Shown one piece after another: positions 25,263 through 34,860 of a stretch of DNA of 49,886 bases. The notes under the pieces were generated by a model. It made no database searches and was not told the DNA's origin. It was given only the letters and a program-made list of their open reading frames with translations. Origin of the DNA: a virus (lineage: Duplodnaviria; Caudoviricetes); the IMG/VR virus record IMGVR_UViG_3300020016_000008, positions 1-49,886 of that record; one strand, 5' to 3'. How positions within the stretch are numbered: position 1 is the stretch's first letter; each line of letters starts with the position of its first letter. A program made the position numbers and the translations under genes.

Positions 25263-26114
25263 TCATGGGGTCCAATTACCAAACCCCGATGGCGCAGCGG
25301 TGGCGTATGCGGAGGCCCCGAAATTTCCCGTCCAAGCACTGTGTATGGCGCCGGCAGTACCAAAACCCACAGCCGGATCAAAAGCCCCGGATTGGAAAGT
25401 AACCCCCCCGGCGCCGGTTGCCGGGTTGGCGGCAGGGTCGCCATTCCAATTGCCCGAGCCTTTACGGATCCAACCCAGATGGGCAGTTAAATCGACCGCA
25501 ATGCCGATAATATTGCCAGCACTGATAGTACCTATCGTCTTTCCCGAAGCAGCACCATTGCCCCAAACATTGCCCGATCCGGTATACGCCGCCAAACAAT
25601 TGCTGCCGACACCGATTAAATCCGTAAAGCTACCAGTCGACAACAAAACTCCGACGCCATTGCCAGTGCTGAAAGTTGCATCACATGTGATCTCAAAATA
25701 ATATTTCCCTGCTGACTTGGCATGCAGTACGCGCGCCCCCGAATTGGCAGTGGTATTGCTATGTGTTGCCGTCAGGTTGCTGTTCGACAGCGTTGTGTTG
25801 ACGGTCGTGCCGGGATCGAACGCAATGGCACCAGTCGCGGCATCGGAGACATCGCCCGCGGTCGCCGCTTCAACGACGTCGACCGCGTAAACGGCGGGAA
25901 TGCCGGCATCAAGGGTATCGGCCGCACTCGCCGCCTCGATCATGATCTCGCCGAGGAAGGCGTCGACAGTTTCGTTTACCGAGGCCGGGTCGTCGACCAG
26001 AGTGGCAAAGACGATATTCCCGGTCCCCAGCGTATCCACTGCCGCAGCAGCCTCGGCGAGCTCGGCCGTGATCGCCGCCCGCCGGTGCAGCAGACTGACG
26101 TTACAGACAAGCAT
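25263..26114 (-). CDS. SPRY/ConA-like domain tail protein
   Basis: LSN.NLTA, GKYYFE, IGIAVDL...W and NFG...Y.APSGF. Confidence 0.75.
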   Translation of the reverse strand: MLVCNVSLLHRRAAITAELAEAAAAVDTLGTGNIVFATLVDDPASVNETVDAFLGEIMIEAASAADTLDAGIPAVYAVDVVEAATAGDVSDAATGAIAFDPGTTVNTTLSNSNLTATHSNTTANSGARVLHAKSAGKYYFEITCDATFSTGNGVGVLLSTGSFTDLIGVGSNCLAAYTGSGNVWGNGAASGKTIGTISAGNIIGIAVDLTAHLGWIRKGSGNWNGDPAANPATGAGGVTFQSGAFDPAVGFGTAGAIHSAWTGNFGASAYATAAPSGFGNWTP

Positions 26115-26143
26115 CTTTTTTTTACCCAGTCCGCCGCATAGAA

Positions 26144-27268
26144 TTAGAGCGCTGGTGAGAAAGAGCAAGAACCGCCAGAGCTTCCAGAATTCTTATCTTC
26201 TGGTTCAGGATTTGTGTTGATAAGGCCCGATAACTGTTGCACCCAAAGTTTTCCGTCGTCATTCGAAACATAGGTAACGGGTCCAGTACGTCTATCTTCG
26301 TCCTGCCAGCCGACAGCCACGATATGTCCCCTGCCGCCACAGACGGAATACACGACTGGCATCGGTGGGTTAAGGTCCGTCGGCGGCTTGCCGTCCGTCC
26401 CACCCAATGTTGCGCCACTACCACTCGCTTTCACCGCCACATACGATTCCTTGCCTTCCGTCGTAACGTACTCCGCGTGTTGGTCTACGCTGAAGCTCAC
26501 GACAAAGAGAACACCAGGGCCGGGTTTTGTCGTCAGTGTCGTATCTGCAACGCGAAGACGGTCCCCTGGCTTGAAGTCCACCGGCGTGGTGTCGACTTCC
26601 GGCCAACGGTACCCTTCAAATGGAGCAAATAATTCACGGCGCTCTGAATAAACTTGTGAAAATTGAATGGTCCCGCTCCGGTCATTCCAGGAGCCGCTAT
26701 ACATGCGATCTTCCCAATAAATGTCAGCACCTACACTGAAAAAAACCCACGCGCCCACACAGAATGTTTGTGAAGCCGGGTGATACGCAACCGCGTTGCA
26801 GATCCCTGTAGCGACATGACCGCCAGCCCCGGTAATGGGATTTGGCGGCGTTAAAATGAATTGCTGTAGCGGAATGCCACCATCGTTCCAGCTCTGGCCG
26901 CCATCGTATGAAACACCTGCGGCCGGTTCCGTGCCATATGCCCTGGCATAACCAGGACCGGCCCAGTCTGTAACCGAGACGTCCCCTGCTGCAACAGTTG
27001 CGGATCGGTCCGAAACTCGCCCGCCAACACAGCAAAACAAGCCAAGTCCCGACTGTGACCTACCTGATTCCCATTTCTCTCCGTCTCCTGATGTGCCGCC
27101 CAACCAGGACACCTGAAGGTCATCCGGGGAACCAACATCCGGCAAGTCGGTCACTATCTGGAAGAGGATGTTCCCGGCGAAACTGAACACCCCGCCCCAC
27201 TGCACATTGTAGATGCGCGTCAGTATGTCTTGGGAATACGGCCCGGTATTTTGATTTGCCGCCATCAA
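26144..27268 (-). CDS. tail-associated protein with BNR-like motifs
   Basis: SYDGGQSW and SNDDGKLW Asp-boxes; lower GC than the flanks. Confidence 0.7.
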   Translation of the reverse strand: MMAANQNTGPYSQDILTRIYNVQWGGVFSFAGNILFQIVTDLPDVGSPDDLQVSWLGGTSGDGEKWESGRSQSGLGLFCCVGGRVSDRSATVAAGDVSVTDWAGPGYARAYGTEPAAGVSYDGGQSWNDGGIPLQQFILTPPNPITGAGGHVATGICNAVAYHPASQTFCVGAWVFFSVGADIYWEDRMYSGSWNDRSGTIQFSQVYSERRELFAPFEGYRWPEVDTTPVDFKPGDRLRVADTTLTTKPGPGVLFVVSFSVDQHAEYVTTEGKESYVAVKASGSGATLGGTDGKPPTDLNPPMPVVYSVCGGRGHIVAVGWQDEDRRTGPVTYVSNDDGKLWVQQLSGLINTNPEPEDKNSGSSGGSCSFSPAL

Positions 27269-28071
27269 ATATCAGTTCGCAGGAACGGCAGCGTTACCGA
27301 CAGATCGGCCGGCCCGGCGTTGTCGGATTGCGTTACCCGCAGCGCGTAGCGGTCACCCTCGGCAAAGTCCACGGTGGCCGGAATGCTGAAGGAGCCCGCC
27401 TGCCCGCCATCGGTATCGATGTCGCCGCCGGCGGCAAACGTCACAGTCCCGATCTCGACCCGGTTCCGCTCGATCGACAGGACGATATCGGTCGCCCCAG
27501 TCCCATCGTTGCCGGCCTCGAGATAGGCGAAGCAGTGGGCATCCCCGCTCACCAGCCGCATCGTCCGAGTGGCGATGCCTTGAAACAGCAGTTCGTCCGG
27601 CTCGCGCTGGATGCTGCCGGGCATGAAGATGATGGCATCGAAGTTGACGTCGTAGAGCGGCATCCAGAACTGGTAGAGCGGATTATTGTCGGTGCTGTCG
27701 TCGGTCGCATTCGGATCGAAGACCGCCGGCAGCGGCGGCGTCGTGTGATCGACGAGGACCTGGAACATGCCCAGGCCGCGCACCGAGATCAGTTGCCCGC
27801 GAGTATAGGGCGTGCTGTTGAGCCATTGCCCGACATAGGTCAGCGTCGCGATCGGCAGCTCGATGACCTGGGTCGTGCCATCGGTGAACAGGATCGTCAT
27901 GCTGTTCGGCGAAGAGCTGATGCTTTCGATCTGCTTGCCTTCGTCGAGTGCCGCGTTGAGCTCGACGATCCGCTGATCGACATCGTAGAAATTGCCGTCG
28001 ACCTGCGCAGCGCTGATCGGAACGCCAGTGCCGGCGCCCCAAGCGCCGGTCGTGACATAGACGATCGTCAC
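27265..28071 (-). CDS. tail protein
   Basis: GTG.P.SAAQVDGNF N-terminus; W...T.Y.RG CBM-like segment. Confidence 0.7.
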   Translation of the reverse strand: MTIVYVTTGAWGAGTGVPISAAQVDGNFYDVDQRIVELNAALDEGKQIESISSSPNSMTILFTDGTTQVIELPIATLTYVGQWLNSTPYTRGQLISVRGLGMFQVLVDHTTPPLPAVFDPNATDDSTDNNPLYQFWMPLYDVNFDAIIFMPGSIQREPDELLFQGIATRTMRLVSGDAHCFAYLEAGNDGTGATDIVLSIERNRVEIGTVTFAAGGDIDTDGGQAGSFSIPATVDFAEGDRYALRVTQSDNAGPADLSVTLPFLRTDI

Positions 28072-28094
28072 TGCATCAAATCCTTTTCCAGCGT

Positions 28095-28490
28095 CTATTT
28101 ATTTTCACGCGTCACATCCTTTTCGAGCGTCTCGACATTGTCGAGTTTCGGAGGCTCGGCGAAGTGGAGTTTTTGCGGTCCATCTTGGAATTCCAGCCTA
28201 ACCCGTGACAGCCTTTCGAGATCGACATAAGTGCTCTTGTCGACGTTGCCCTTCTCGTCCACCCGGTAAACCCGTTGCTTGTCGAACTGCCGCTTAGTTT
28301 CCGTCACTGGCGCGTTGCTCGAATAGCTGACGCTGAAGCTATACGGCAGGTCGAGGACCTGACCGCCGCCGCCGCTGATAACGGCGATGCCCTTCTCCGG
28401 ATCATCTTGCGGCGGCAAGACTCGCGTCGAGGCCGGCCGGATATTTGGTAACACCATGGGTCGAACGACGACCTCGAAACCAGCCATCAA
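28095..28490 (-). CDS. tail-module hypothetical protein
   Basis: Operon position; coupled to the upstream gene. Confidence 0.7.
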   Translation of the reverse strand: MMAGFEVVVRPMVLPNIRPASTRVLPPQDDPEKGIAVISGGGGQVLDLPYSFSVSYSSNAPVTETKRQFDKQRVYRVDEKGNVDKSTYVDLERLSRVRLEFQDGPQKLHFAEPPKLDNVETLEKDVTRENK

Positions 28491-30520
28491 ACCGCCTCCA
28501 GGTCATAGCCGATCGGGATCTTCAGGTCGGTGACCTGCACGTCGTAATCGCTGGAGAACTCGCGAGTCATGCTCTTGAGCTTGAAGGTCGCGCGGGTCTC
28601 TACTTGCTTGAGAGCATTTCTGATTGCTTCGGATCGTGCCTGCACCGCCGCCTGCAATTGCTGCTGCTCCTCGTCGGTGATGAACGGTTTGAAAATCGGT
28701 GCGGCGTTCCGGAATCCCGAATGAGTAAAGACATAATCGGCCTGCACGGACGCGGGGTTCTCGACCACCAGCGGCTGATCGATGACATCCTCGGCCCGCA
28801 ACACGGAGGTGAAGTCGAGGCCGTCATCATTCGGATTGGAACTGGGCGGCTGGTATCCAACCGAAGTATCGAGCAGGACGGTCCTTCCGGTGAATTGCTG
28901 ATAATCGGCGCCGGTATAGTCAATGCTGCAATAGGTCGGAGTCCCGTCCGCGGCTACGACCGAACCGCCGCGACCGATAGCGCAGCCAATACGGGCCTCG
29001 CATTGTAGGCGCCCATCCGATCCATTCAACGCAATCGAATAGCCGATGATCTTGCCCAGCGCCTCGCCGACGCGCGGCTCGATCAGAGACGCATTCTTGC
29101 GCAACGTGATCTCGGGCATGCGCGCGAGCTTGGGGGCGAAGGCGATCTCCACCACCCGCGCCCGCTTCAGCAAGTGCGCCCGCGCCAGCGCGATCAGATG
29201 TTCTAGGCTTCGATTACCACGCTCGGTCGCAATGTAAGAGCGCCGCCGCAGATCGCCGATCGGCACCTCGGCGCCGAGCGGTTCGCTCAGGTTGACAGAT
29301 TTGACGTCATCGATCCGCAGCGCCTCACCATCCTCTGGATCGGTCAGAACATGCTGCACGTCAGCCATCAGCGAGAACGACACGCGCTCCGTGCATGGCC
29401 GGTTGGCTGAATAGCCCGCCGTCAGGCTGACCGTCGTGAAATGCAACGGCAGCGCGGCGGCAACCGCCGTATATTGGCGGCTCAGCGATGTGCTCGAGCC
29501 TGATTCCCCCGGTATGCCGAACACCGCCTGCACCTTGCCAAGCGTCACACTGCTCCGGTCGCTGGTCACCATCCGCGGCCAGGACAGATAAGATGGCGCG
29601 ACAGTGTAACTCTCCGTCTCTGATATCGTTGTGTGCGTGCTCGACGGACCAAACCATGACGTGTCGGGAAAGATGACCGTAATGTCGGAACCCGTGGTCT
29701 TGCTCTTGACCGACAGATCATAGGGCGTCGATGCGGATGCTTCGGCGACCACCCAGCCATCGCCGATCGTGGCTCCGGCCTTTGGCCAACCGTCGGACGT
29801 CAAGCTATACGACGTGATATAGTTGCGGCCACCGTCTGGCCAATTCCGGCACAGATAGTCGCTCAGGTCGACTCGTCCCTGCGCCTGTTGCGTCCAGGCA
29901 TACTCAGCGACAATATCGACCCGCGACAGCGGCCCGCTGGTGAGTGTGAGGCTGAGGCCGTCATATAAAACCTTGCCGTCCTCGCTGACACCGTCGAACT
30001 CGACCAGCCCATCCTCGCCGTCGATCTCGTCCGAGACCGTCAGGACATGCGTCTCGCGGTCGTAGTGCCAGATCTTGCTGTAGCCTTCCAAGACCACCTC
30101 CGGATCGGTGCGCCGCGCCTTGTCGATCACCACCTCGTCGTAATAGGGCAGCACCCGCAGCGTCTGCGCCAGCGCTTCCTTCTGAGCCACCAGGTCGATC
30201 GGCCGCGCCACGAATTCCAGCGTCACCAGTTCCTCGAATATGCTGGTCGGCACCCCAACAAGCCGGCCACGAAACTTGACCAGGTCGGGCCCGCAGTCGA
30301 GCGCGAACCAGCACCAGATTTTGCGGCCGGGACCGAGCAAACCGATCGCATTGCCAGCCTCGTTGCGTGGGCGCCGAACCGCGAGGGTGAGGGAGGCAGG
30401 GTCGCCCTCGTCCTGCTTGAGCGTGAACGAAAATACGCTCTCGTCCCAACGCATATGCTCGGGCAAGAACGCCGTCTCGCCCGGATCGATCCAGGCGAAA
30501 TAGGGCATCCCCGCTGGCAT
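28487..30520 (-). CDS. tail tip/hub protein
   Basis: Large ORF two genes after the tape measure gene. Confidence 0.75.
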   Translation of the reverse strand: MPAGMPYFAWIDPGETAFLPEHMRWDESVFSFTLKQDEGDPASLTLAVRRPRNEAGNAIGLLGPGRKIWCWFALDCGPDLVKFRGRLVGVPTSIFEELVTLEFVARPIDLVAQKEALAQTLRVLPYYDEVVIDKARRTDPEVVLEGYSKIWHYDRETHVLTVSDEIDGEDGLVEFDGVSEDGKVLYDGLSLTLTSGPLSRVDIVAEYAWTQQAQGRVDLSDYLCRNWPDGGRNYITSYSLTSDGWPKAGATIGDGWVVAEASASTPYDLSVKSKTTGSDITVIFPDTSWFGPSSTHTTISETESYTVAPSYLSWPRMVTSDRSSVTLGKVQAVFGIPGESGSSTSLSRQYTAVAAALPLHFTTVSLTAGYSANRPCTERVSFSLMADVQHVLTDPEDGEALRIDDVKSVNLSEPLGAEVPIGDLRRRSYIATERGNRSLEHLIALARAHLLKRARVVEIAFAPKLARMPEITLRKNASLIEPRVGEALGKIIGYSIALNGSDGRLQCEARIGCAIGRGGSVVAADGTPTYCSIDYTGADYQQFTGRTVLLDTSVGYQPPSSNPNDDGLDFTSVLRAEDVIDQPLVVENPASVQADYVFTHSGFRNAAPIFKPFITDEEQQQLQAAVQARSEAIRNALKQVETRATFKLKSMTREFSSDYDVQVTDLKIPIGYDLEAV

Positions 30521-30909
30521 CAGACGATCTCTCGCTGCTCGGCCTCGAGCATCCACGCTATTTCTGCCGACCATTCATCGCGGGACGTATTCCAGGCCGT
30601 GACCTTCGCGAGAATGGTCAGCACATCGCCGGTCGTATTGGCGGCGCCCAGGCCGGGAATGCAAGTGATGGTGATGTCCTGCCCCGGCCACACATCCGTG
30701 AGCTCCGGCGCCTCATGGTCAGTACACGTAATCGAAACTTTGTATTGTCGAAACTGCGCCACCGAAATATCTGCGAGTTCGCCGCGGCAGTCGCGCGCCA
30801 CGTTCTTGGCCTGGTCGATCGGCGCCAGCGTCATCGTGATCCCGCGCACTGCAAATTGCGAGAAGTCAACGCCATCGATTGCGAGCAGCGTATAGGCAGG
30901 CGTTGTCAT
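30520..30909 (-). CDS. distal-tail-like protein
   Basis: First gene after the tape measure gene; 129 aa. Confidence 0.7.
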   Translation of the reverse strand: MTTPAYTLLAIDGVDFSQFAVRGITMTLAPIDQAKNVARDCRGELADISVAQFRQYKVSITCTDHEAPELTDVWPGQDITITCIPGLGAANTTGDVLTILAKVTAWNTSRDEWSAEIAWMLEAEQREIV

Positions 30910-30955
30910 TCATACGTCCTTGACAGGCCGATGGAGGCGAGCGCACGGTTCCGAT

Positions 30956-31050
30956 GCGGTCGCCAGCCTCGTGATGAAACCCACTGCACCGATGCGGCTG
31001 CAGAGCCCGGCCAGTGCATACCTGATGCCCATCACGGCGGTGCCGGGCTC
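30956..31050 (+). ncRNA. TIGR-like satellite array (2 units), antisense to the late operon
   Basis: GCGGTCG-CCA-GCCTCGTGA-TGAAACCCA-CTGCACCGA-TG-CGGCTGC then GAGCCCGG-CCA-GTGCATACC-TGATGCCCA-TCACGGCGG-TG-CCGGGCTC; TTGACA at 30920. Confidence 0.9.
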
Positions 31051-31057
31051 CCCTTCT

Positions 31058-33304
31058 TCAACTGTATCTGCTCGGCTTCCTGCCGCCGCTTCGGACCTGC
31101 GCCATCGCTGCGGCCTTGCGCAGTTCATCGACAACGGCGGACGACGCACGCAGGCCGGTTATCTCGGGCAGGCCTGGAAAGTTGATGGTGACGTTGTTCA
31201 TGGTGCCACCGCCTGCGAAGGCGGGGATCGAGAGCGTCGGCGCCACCAGGCCGCCCAAGGCAAACCCGCGCATGCCGTCGAGGATGTCGCGCAGGTTGCC
31301 GCCCGAGTGGCGCAAGGCCTCGAGGAAGGCGAGGACGCCCGGCTGGGCCACCGCCCGTGCCGGCGTGATGTACTCACCACGTGAAACCCAAGCGAGATTG
31401 CTGTCGCTCGTGCCGGTACCGCGACCGCCGAGCAATCCGCCACCCGCGAAGCTACCGCCAGTGGCGCCCGCTGGCGCCGCGGCTGCCCCGCCGCCGAAGC
31501 CCAGCTTCGCGACCATCGCGTTCCACATATCGACGATCCACTGCCAGGCACTCGCGACCGGCGTCGTCACGAACGCCGTAATGGCAGCCATGGCTTGATC
31601 GGCCGCACTCTGCAGCGATGCGACGACACTGGTGAATGTATCGACGATCCATTGCCAGGCGCTGCTGACCGGCGTGGTGACCCAGGCATCGAGCAAAGCC
31701 TTGGCCGTGCTGAAGATCGCAGAGAGGACCTCCGGCAAACGCATCCAACCTTGAACGATCTGCCCCAGCGTCGTCATGAGCTGCGAGCCGAGCATGTTGA
31801 ACGACTCGACGACCTGCGCGGCGAACTCCACGACACGCGCGGTGATGTTGTCGATCGCCGTCGTGGCGCTCGCGGCCGCGCCCGAGAAGATCGTCGATGC
31901 CCACGCCTGCTTGAGCCGCTCCCACGCGCTCGCAAGCCGCTGGCTGCTCTCGTTCATCTGCTCGAACGTCGTCGCCGTCTGCGGGCTGATCAGCACGCCG
32001 GCCGCTTTTATCTTCTCGAACAGATTGTCGATCTTCGTCACTTCAACGCCGTAACGACGCACGCGGTCGACGTCGGTCTCAGAGAAGCCAAGCGCCGCGC
32101 CGATTTTGAACGCATCCTCCTTCGGCAAGTTCGCGATGATCTTGAGCAGCGACTTGCCGACGTCGCCGCCGGCATTGGCGACATCCTGCAGGACGACCTT
32201 GATGGCGGTGAGCTTGGTCTCGGCCGTCACCAGACTGTCGAACGCAAACAGTGTTGGCGGCGATGGCGTGGCTCCCAGCGCCGCGATCTGCGACATCAGC
32301 ACCACGATGTTTGTCAGATTGTTCGCGGCAGCCTTGGCGCTGTCCTCGCGCGCCTTCGCCAATCTCTTCTCGGCGTCCGCAAGATCGTCGGTCTTTTTTG
32401 CCACTTCGAGCAGACGCTCGACCTCTTGCACGCGACGCTCGGCGTCGCCAGAGAATGCGCTCTTCGCAATCTGCACCTGGAGCAACGCTTTCTCGGCCTC
32501 GAGCAGTTCGATGGTCGCACCGCGAATCTTGTTGGCCGATGCCTCGAACGCCTCGCCGGGCTTGAAGCCCTCCAGCTCCTTGGCGATGTTGGCAATCACG
32601 CTACGGAATTTCTCCGCCGAGATGCCGATTTGTCCGAACGCCTGCTGCCCGACCTGCAGATCGGTGAACGACTGGCCGATATCGCGCGTCTTCGTCGCCA
32701 GGTGATCGAGCGTATCCGACAGCCGCGCATCGTCGAACGCGATCCGCTCGAGCGCCGCGGCAAGGATGCCGAGACCGGCGACCGCGGCGCCGATCGCGCC
32801 GACGAACACGCTGCCCAGACTGAGCGCGAACGTGCCGACAGCAGCCGCCGCTGTGACTGCCTGCACGCCCAGGGCTGCCGTTGCCGTACCGGCCGAGGCG
32901 ACGCTCGCCGCCGCCGAGCCGACCGCGGCGCCGGTGCGCACCACGTTGAGCGCAAGGTTCGCATACGAGGTTGACGACTTCTCCGCCGCGTCGCCGGTCT
33001 TGGCGATGCCCTCGGCCGCCTTGGCGCTTTCCTCCGCGGCCTTGCCGAGCCCTTCGCCGGCTGCGGTGGCGGCCTCGCCGACTTGCTCCAGCGGAGGCGC
33101 CGTCTTCGCGGATGCTTGCGTCAGATCCCCGAACGCCGCGACCAGGCCGTCGACGGCCTTCTGAGTTTGCGGATCGATCTGCGCTTTCGATGCAGCATCC
33201 TCGATCTGCGCGAATGCCGACGACGCAGCCTTGGCCAGCGCCTCGAGCTGCTTGCGGATGTCGTCGCCACCCTCGATGCTGATCCTCTGACTTATCGTCG
33301 CCAT
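31058..33304 (-). CDS. tape measure protein
   Basis: Ala-rich helical protein, WQWIVD repeats, C-terminal FA.GG..G.GTGTSDS...S.GEY. Confidence 0.92.
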   Translation of the reverse strand: MATISQRISIEGGDDIRKQLEALAKAASSAFAQIEDAASKAQIDPQTQKAVDGLVAAFGDLTQASAKTAPPLEQVGEAATAAGEGLGKAAEESAKAAEGIAKTGDAAEKSSTSYANLALNVVRTGAAVGSAAASVASAGTATAALGVQAVTAAAAVGTFALSLGSVFVGAIGAAVAGLGILAAALERIAFDDARLSDTLDHLATKTRDIGQSFTDLQVGQQAFGQIGISAEKFRSVIANIAKELEGFKPGEAFEASANKIRGATIELLEAEKALLQVQIAKSAFSGDAERRVQEVERLLEVAKKTDDLADAEKRLAKAREDSAKAAANNLTNIVVLMSQIAALGATPSPPTLFAFDSLVTAETKLTAIKVVLQDVANAGGDVGKSLLKIIANLPKEDAFKIGAALGFSETDVDRVRRYGVEVTKIDNLFEKIKAAGVLISPQTATTFEQMNESSQRLASAWERLKQAWASTIFSGAAASATTAIDNITARVVEFAAQVVESFNMLGSQLMTTLGQIVQGWMRLPEVLSAIFSTAKALLDAWVTTPVSSAWQWIVDTFTSVVASLQSAADQAMAAITAFVTTPVASAWQWIVDMWNAMVAKLGFGGGAAAAPAGATGGSFAGGGLLGGRGTGTSDSNLAWVSRGEYITPARAVAQPGVLAFLEALRHSGGNLRDILDGMRGFALGGLVAPTLSIPAFAGGGTMNNVTINFPGLPEITGLRASSAVVDELRKAAAMAQVRSGGRKPSRYS

Positions 33305-33310
33305 GAATGC

Positions 33311-33844
33311 TCAGTCCCCGATCCGTTGTTCGTAGAACTCGCCGACACGCTCGGCGGCCAGTTTGAAGATGCGAGCGATATCGAGCCGCTTGCGTAGCGT
33401 CACGGTGCGCACGCCGACGAACAACGGCCCCATCTCCCGCTTGGCAGCATCGAATAGTAGTGGAGGCTTACCGCGCACATTCACGGACACGAGCCTGCCT
33501 GGATACTGCCGCGGGGAACGAACTCCCGCCTTGTCCCCGAGCGGCAGCCACAACAGCGGCCGCCCTCGAATGGTGGCGCCGGTTTCAAATACCCCGGCAA
33601 ACGGTATGACGTCGAAGACAATCGCCGCCGGGTCGCCCGTGTCCTTGTTGGGATAGAACCTCGAGCGTACTGCCTGTTGCCATCGCGCGGGGAACCCAGC
33701 GCCAGCTACATTTGCCCGCCCCTCCTTGAGCGCCAGCGCCGCCGCATCCTTCACCGCGCCAGCCTTGGCCTCGTCGATTTGCTTTTTGAGCTCTTTGAGC
33801 CACCGCTCAAAGATCGCTTCCTCCGCCGAGAAAACGAGCCTCAT
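33311..33844 (-). CDS. tail-module protein (DUF6441-like)
   Basis: F..GATIR....LWLPL and PLFV.V..V.LRKRLD. Confidence 0.7.
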   Translation of the reverse strand: MRLVFSAEEAIFERWLKELKKQIDEAKAGAVKDAAALALKEGRANVAGAGFPARWQQAVRSRFYPNKDTGDPAAIVFDVIPFAGVFETGATIRGRPLLWLPLGDKAGVRSPRQYPGRLVSVNVRGKPPLLFDAAKREMGPLFVGVRTVTLRKRLDIARIFKLAAERVGEFYEQRIGD

Positions 33845-33973
33845 CCGCCGCCCCGATGGCACGAAAAGTCAAATATTTGGCGCAATGCAGCAAGTCCTCC
33901 GCCAAAAGATATATTGCCAGGTCATTGCGGCACCGTTAGTGTTCCTGACGGTTGTCATCGAGAAGGAAGAACT

Positions 33974-34234
33974 GTGTTTAAATTCGTCTGCTGGATATGG
34001 GGCATTGGGTTGGCGCTTGGGGCAATCGCGCTAGTGGCCATCCCGCCGGCACCACCGCCATCCATCTTGAACCCACTGCCGCCGCCGACAAGCCAAGAGC
34101 GGATCGAAACCGCAACGAGAAACCTGCGAGCGCTCGATCCAGACGCTGGATCATGCCGAAACCCGAATGACATCGATGCCCGTGGCCATCGCTGCGGTGG
34201 CCGCGCGGCCAGCGAACGCAAAGGCGGGAAGTAA
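33974..34234 (+). CDS. small exported/membrane protein (moron, opposite strand)
   Basis: N-terminal TM; C-terminal C....D.DARG.RCGGRAA..R.GG. Confidence 0.6.
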   Translation: MFKFVCWIWGIGLALGAIALVAIPPAPPPSILNPLPPPTSQERIETATRNLRALDPDAGSCRNPNDIDARGHRCGGRAASERKGGK

Positions 34235-34387
34235 CTACCCGCCCAATTCCTTAAGCGTCTTCTCGATCGCATTCTTGTCGCCCTGCGCGCCGATGGCCGT
34301 GATCGCGAGATCGTTGGCCCGCTCCATGCGGTCGAGCTGCTCGCCGAATTCGAGATAGGCAGCGATCTGGCGCGGCGTCAGCATCAT
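34235..34387 (-). CDS. tail assembly chaperone, downstream (T) segment
   Basis: MMLTPRQIAAYLEF...; -1 frame relative to the upstream chaperone. Confidence 0.65.
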   Translation of the reverse strand: MMLTPRQIAAYLEFGEQLDRMERANDLAITAIGAQGDKNAIEKTLKELGG

Positions 34388-34851
34388 TGCAGCGTCGGGC
34401 GCGAACCCTCGTCGGATGACGGCGACGACGGCGAGCGCGAATTCTTCAAGCGCACCTTGACGGTCTTCTTTGCTCCTTCGCCCGCCCCGCCGCCGATGAG
34501 GCCGGTCAATTCCTCCACGAAGGAGCCGATCCCGTTTGGGAATGTCAGCCCGAAAATCGCCTTGAGAAATTTCATCTGATGCTCTGGCAATAGCTTAGCC
34601 GCGTGCTGCTCATACTTCTCGTCGGCGATGTGTCCGCAGCCGGCCGCGATGATGGGCCCGACCGCCGCGCCGCATCCCTCGATCAGGCGCGGGACGATGT
34701 CGCCGCCGTTGATCAGTGATTTCAGCTCGGGAAACCGCGCGATGATGGACGCGATGGCGTCGACCGAGATCCCGCGCACCGTGACGCGCACGCTATCGAT
34801 CCAAACGGCCTCGCTGGCCGTCGACGGTGCGATGTCCAATAGGTCAGCCAT
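34384..34851 (-). CDS. tail assembly chaperone
   Basis: Lies between the tail tube and tape measure genes. Confidence 0.8.
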   Translation of the reverse strand: MADLLDIAPSTASEAVWIDSVRVTVRGISVDAIASIIARFPELKSLINGGDIVPRLIEGCGAAVGPIIAAGCGHIADEKYEQHAAKLLPEHQMKFLKAIFGLTFPNGIGSFVEELTGLIGGGAGEGAKKTVKVRLKNSRSPSSPSSDEGSRPTLQ

Positions 34852-34860
34852 TGCTCCTCC

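Noticed and set aside
31595-32974. Long plus-strand ORFs antisense to structural genes (also 27256-28230, 38980-39912, 46753-47697)
   Set aside because: Shadow ORFs typical of high-GC coding sequence; no recognisable motifs
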